A DNA stretch of 62,609 nt, counting the filler, from Globobulimina sp. (Eukaryota), in the NCBI GenBank assembly GCA_003354225.1. It is 29 parts of 29 records of this genome, joined end to end, with 100 filler letters (N's around TTAATTAATTAA, not from the genome) between each part and the next. Parts side by side here need not be neighbours in the genome. Positions count along the whole stretch, not along the records: positions 58,388 to 60,448 come from PIVH01009335.1; positions 60,549 to 62,609 come from PIVH01009336.1; 27 more parts are not named here. One strand, 5' to 3'. The position numbers and the translations under genes are program-made. Position 1 is the stretch's first letter. Each line of letters opens with the position of its first letter. The notes beneath the pieces were generated by a model, which saw only the letters and a list, made by a program, of their open reading frames with translations, was not told the origin of the DNA and did not search any database. Shown here one piece after another: positions 58,388-62,609 of the stretch.

Positions 58388-60448
58388 TAAAACCATGCCT
58401 TGTGCCCCGGACTTAGGCTCACAAAGTTGTGTGGGATCCGTGGCTGCCTTCAGTTGTGCGCTGCCCGCGTCCTTGCCAATCATTGCTGCAATCGTTGTGA
58501 TGGAATTGCATACTGTGATGGGTCGAATGTCGCAGATAACGCCGTTCTTCATTTTGTTGGCAGGAATTAATTTTGCGCCATAGATGTACGCAGATACTTC
58601 TTCGTTGATTTTGCCGTTGCAGATAAGTAGAAATAGCGCTGTGAGGGCTTTTTGTAGTTCAGTGCCTGTCCGGTTCTTCCACATTTGATCTATGTGGTTA
58701 TTGGATATGCCAATGAGGCCCGCGGACGCACAGATGTTCAATTTCTTGATGTTTTTGGTGATGTTCTCTACTTCAATGGCAGACACGCCATGTTTGCTCG
58801 TTAATGGTCGAGGTGGCACGGGATTTCCTTTGGGGAATTTCGACCGTAACAATGCTAACTTGTCAGGGTCGTCCATATCGGCAATTCCCTTACTATCGAT
58901 CATACGGAGCGCGTCTTTAACGTGACCCATTTCGAGTAGCTTCTTGATGCGGTCCCTCACGTACTTTGATAGGCCGCCTGGATTTTGTTGTGGTTTTGTG
59001 TGGCCTTTTTGTTTGTTTTTATTTTTCTCGGCATCTTCTTTGTTGGCTTGAACAATTTCTTGGAACATTCTGAGCGTTTCGCCCTTCATGATCCGTTTAA
59101 TACGTTCTTCCAATTTGTTAAGATTACGGTTGGCGTTGCCGCGTCCACCACGTTTAAATTTTGCAAGACAAACGCGGGCAAACATAGCCAATTCCAGCCA
59201 CGATGTCAAGTCGTTCTTGTTCACTACATTCCATATCGAATGGCAAAAGGCCTTAATGACTAATTTAGACATTCGTGTCGGAATATTTTCGATCCACCGT
59301 AATTTGCTAAACCATATGTCGTAAAATGTCGGGATGTTGACAACCTCAATGGCGACGCTTGCTGCCGCAGAATAATTCCCGTCATCTTCTTTAATGTCCG
59401 ATACTGCGCGATTCAAATCGTTATTGTTCTGACTGTTCCCGGAACGATCTGCGAATGATTTAAATGTTTTCATTGTGTTCTTCCGCTTACAATCAACACA
59501 CTGGTCTGACGCGCTCGCTTTGTCAATTATGTCGATACACACCGTGTCGGCGCACCTTTTCTTACCGAAAGCTAATAGATATTGGCTCACTGCATGGGCG
59601 TCGTCGTCACCGTTGTGCTTATAATGCTTGTTTAATGTGCTAAATTGCTTCCAAATCTTCTTACTGCATTTGCACGCAGCAATGTCGCACTTATATGTTG
59701 GTTTAGCGCCTTCTTTCAGGTGGCACGGGTTACATACCCATGTGCTATAAAATGGAATTTGTTGTTCTGGCATGCCGATGCTAGCTGCTGTAACCAATGC
59801 GTTGCATACATGGCATTTAAGCTGCTCCGGTTTAGATTTCGGTTGTGTCTCAATGTGCTCTCCCAGATTGCCACCATTCTTCTCCTCTGCCACTGCCTGC
59901 GATAACTGATTTGGTTCGGTTCCACTTGGGGCGATATCAACGTCATCGTCAGATTCAGATACTTCTAAACCTTTCGTGTCGCGATGCCGCTCCGTAGGAT
60001 CAATCCTCCTCTTCTTCTGCGCGGGTGCCGCAAAAGACTGCTCGCACTGATATTTGTGTTTACGTTTGCGATTTTTACGCGCTTTAAGTCGCTGCGCGAT
60101 GCTCAAACTGGTTGCCGTTAGCTTATCCTCTTCGAACCACTGGTTTGGTGTAAATGAGACTAATGATGCGTCCATCTGCGTCTTTGATGTATAATATAAG
60201 CGTTTGTGGTGGTTATTGAGGAATTTCGGCGTAACTGACCAGTCGGTTATAAGACTAAAGTGCACGTGGTTGCGTTCTTGATATTTGGCATATGACTCAC
60301 CATCATACGCTTCGAACGGATCTCGTTCGTCTATTGGGGGGAATTTAATGTTAAATGTTTGATTTTGTTTAGTTGTGGTTGGCTGGGGCTCACTGCCTTG
60401 ATTATTGCCATTTGATTTGTTCTCGGAACATTCCGGGTCGTCACCTTC
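58388..60448 (-). mobile_element. CRE-like non-LTR retrotransposon ORF: Cys/His fingers followed by the RT N-terminus
   Basis: Whole contig is open on the minus strand; KRGGR, LRSKFPKG, SAGLIGISNNHI and GAKLIPANK...IRPITV (RT domains 0-2). Confidence 0.85.
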
Positions 60449-61351
60449 NNNNNNNNNNNNNNNNNNNNNNNNNNNNNNNNNNNNNNNNNNNNTTAATTAA
60501 TTAANNNNNNNNNNNNNNNNNNNNNNNNNNNNNNNNNNNNNNNNNNNNATGGAATTTGAGAATATATATCGTAATCTATACAATTTATAAAACGATATTG
60601 CATCAACCAATGATATTTAATCAAAAATAATAAGAAATTGAAACAATATTCAATATATAATGGACAATCATTCATTCATTCGATAAATTTATATTAAATT
60701 AATTAAAAAAGCAATATTCTATCATGGACCAATGAGATTCAATTAAAATAATAAGAAAATTCAAACAATATTCAAACAATATTCAACATATAATACAAAT
60801 TCAATCAAAAAAGAAAAAAATGGATTCAAATTTATGCGATGGAATTTGGAATGTATACAATTTTTATAATTATATTCAATATAAATTCAATCAATAAATG
60901 GATATACAATTAATTGGAATATCGATATTCTATCACAAACCAATCACATTTAATGAAAGCAATAATAAAATCGTAATTTACAGGATTAATTTAAGTCATT
61001 TTAGGACAAATTTAATTAAAATAAATCATGGAAATTCAAATTTATTCAAAATATATACAATTTTACGAATGGAATCTGCTTCAAATGGACCATAAATCCA
61101 AAGTCAAATCAATTCAAAATATGAAATATAAAGACTCATTCACTCAAATCTGTTGAATCAATAAAGAAATCATCAAAAAACACCCACAAATGTATATTAA
61201 AATTGTGGATTAAATTGTAATTTATAAAGCAAATGTGTTCTTTTTCCGGATAAAAACATTTTTGTACGTATTTATTTCAGATCTTCTAGTTTCTTGCAAA
61301 ACTATTGACTTACTCAAAAAAACGAAAGTTTACATCATAATAAAATGATCT

Positions 61352-61411
61352 GCTGAATAATCAAATTATTTGCAGAATAATCAAATTATTTGCAGAATAA
61401 TCAAATTATTT
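61352..61411. repeat. 20-bp tandem repeat, three copies
   Basis: GC(T/A)GAATAATCAAATTATTT repeated three times. Confidence 0.85.
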
Positions 61412-61762
61412 ATATACATAAAAAAAAGCCTAATCATCCTTGCATTAACAAACACGCACAAAGAGACCCATCAAAAGGTCATGCAAATATTAAAAATTAA
61501 CAAAACAAAATTCAACAAAAGGCGATGCAAATAATAAAAATACACATACACATAACAAATACACATAAAACACAATAACAAAACGAAACAGAATTAAACA
61601 AAACATATAAAATAAATAACAAATTTAAAATAAAACACAGAATAAAATTAAAACAAGATACAAAACGGAAAGAAATTATCCTTAGACAAACACCATACGC
61701 CAAAGAGATCACAATCACACATAATATATAATATATAATACAAACCTTGAGGGCTATCGCCA

Positions 61763-61830
61763 GTGCAACAACAGGATTTGAACCTGTATCCCTGGCGATC
61801 GCCAGTGCTCTATATTTGAGCTATGTGCAC
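61763..61830 (-). ncRNA. tRNA-like element or tRNA pseudogene with collapsed anticodon loop
   Basis: D arm TAGCTCAAATATAGAGC and T arm ACAGG-TTCAAAT-CCTGT intact; anticodon arm is the palindrome CTGGCGATCGCCAG. Confidence 0.7.
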
Positions 61831-62609
61831 ACATAAAACAACCTGCAACCACTTCGTTCACATAATTAGCAAAATACAATGGGCATGCATCGATCTTGAA
61901 GTGTCAGCCATGCTGACATGCGTCGATGGTGATGTAAAATAAGATGTTGATTGTTGAGGTTAAACTAAAACTTCACAAGCTACAAATAAGATGACTGGAA
62001 TCATGGCGTTAAAGTTTAACAGAAACAAATGGAATTCAAGTCGCAACAGCCAAACATTTGAACGCAAGTATCTAATATAATATTATTTTATGGTGAAAAA
62101 TTGGATAGGAGATATAGTGGATACGGATAATAATATTTATATTGAATTTTATATTATAAAAATGGTATTTACTGAAATTTTGGGATAAAAAGGCACTTTC
62201 TATGGGATTAACATCGTTTTTTATAATGGAAATATTGGTGCTATATCGGACATATATGCATCAAATTGAAGCTGAGATGGAGCTTTTTAAAGTTATCAAA
62301 TAATATTGATTTTATTTTTATTTATATATGGATTTGGTATGGATTTGATATGGAAAAATTGGATGTGAAATATGATGAAAAGTCATGAAAAAAGGCAAGT
62401 GCATATTATTGTGGTCTTACATTTTTGTTTGCCATCCTCTTGTATGCACCACCAAACAAATAAATTAAAAAAACAAATATTATATATTACTTAAACAATT
62501 TATGGATGAAGAAAAACCCCACCAATTGTAGGCGCTACCTCTGCTTCATGCCATTCATGAAAACAATCTCTACCAGTTGTCACCAATGAACAAAATCCAA
62601 TGTTTGAAA

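Noticed and set aside
2065-60548. Regularly spaced TTAATTAATTAA flanked by Ns, resembling a repeat array or CRISPR
   Set aside because: Artificial concatenation linker; ORFs ending in X..LIN and any cross-contig gene neighbourhoods are artefacts
60549-61720. Short ORFs in the last contig
   Set aside because: Very AT-rich low-complexity sequence with no recognisable protein features

Overview
This is not one continuous locus. It is 29 unrelated contigs of about 2.06 kb, ordered by decreasing length and joined by 28 artificial 100-nt linkers (N44-TTAATTAATTAA-N44), so only neighbours within a contig are meaningful. The DNA is mostly from an AT-rich, gene-dense microbial eukaryote with short GT-AG introns and very short intergenic spacers. 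The gene families suggest Foraminifera/Rhizaria (inference). Recognisable genes include G-alpha, 7TM-RGS, PKG, histones H4 and H1 with tRNA-Ala, PSMB3, dymeclin, prolyl 4-hydroxylase-type dioxygenases, CLASP-like, CTL/SLC44, MFS, UvrD-like, RMI1-like, a type III PKS and CRE-like non-LTR retrotransposon pieces. Main highlights: (1) contig 1 looks like a multi-ORF Penelope-like retroelement with a U3-A8 variant minimal hammerhead ribozyme between a coiled-coil ORF and an ORF missed by the ORF track; (2) tandem PPR and DYW-deaminase genes of the plant RNA-editing type; (3) a ~30-39 aa SOCS/F-box-like module recurring in five unrelated proteins, including a truncated cullin; (4) a histone 3' stem-loop in an H4-tRNA-H1 cluster; (5) a tRNA-like element without an anticodon loop; (6) a 10-mer telomere-like repeat. 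Two in-frame eukaryote-bacterium fusions are probably amplification or assembly chimeras. All family assignments are by motif recognition; no searches were run.
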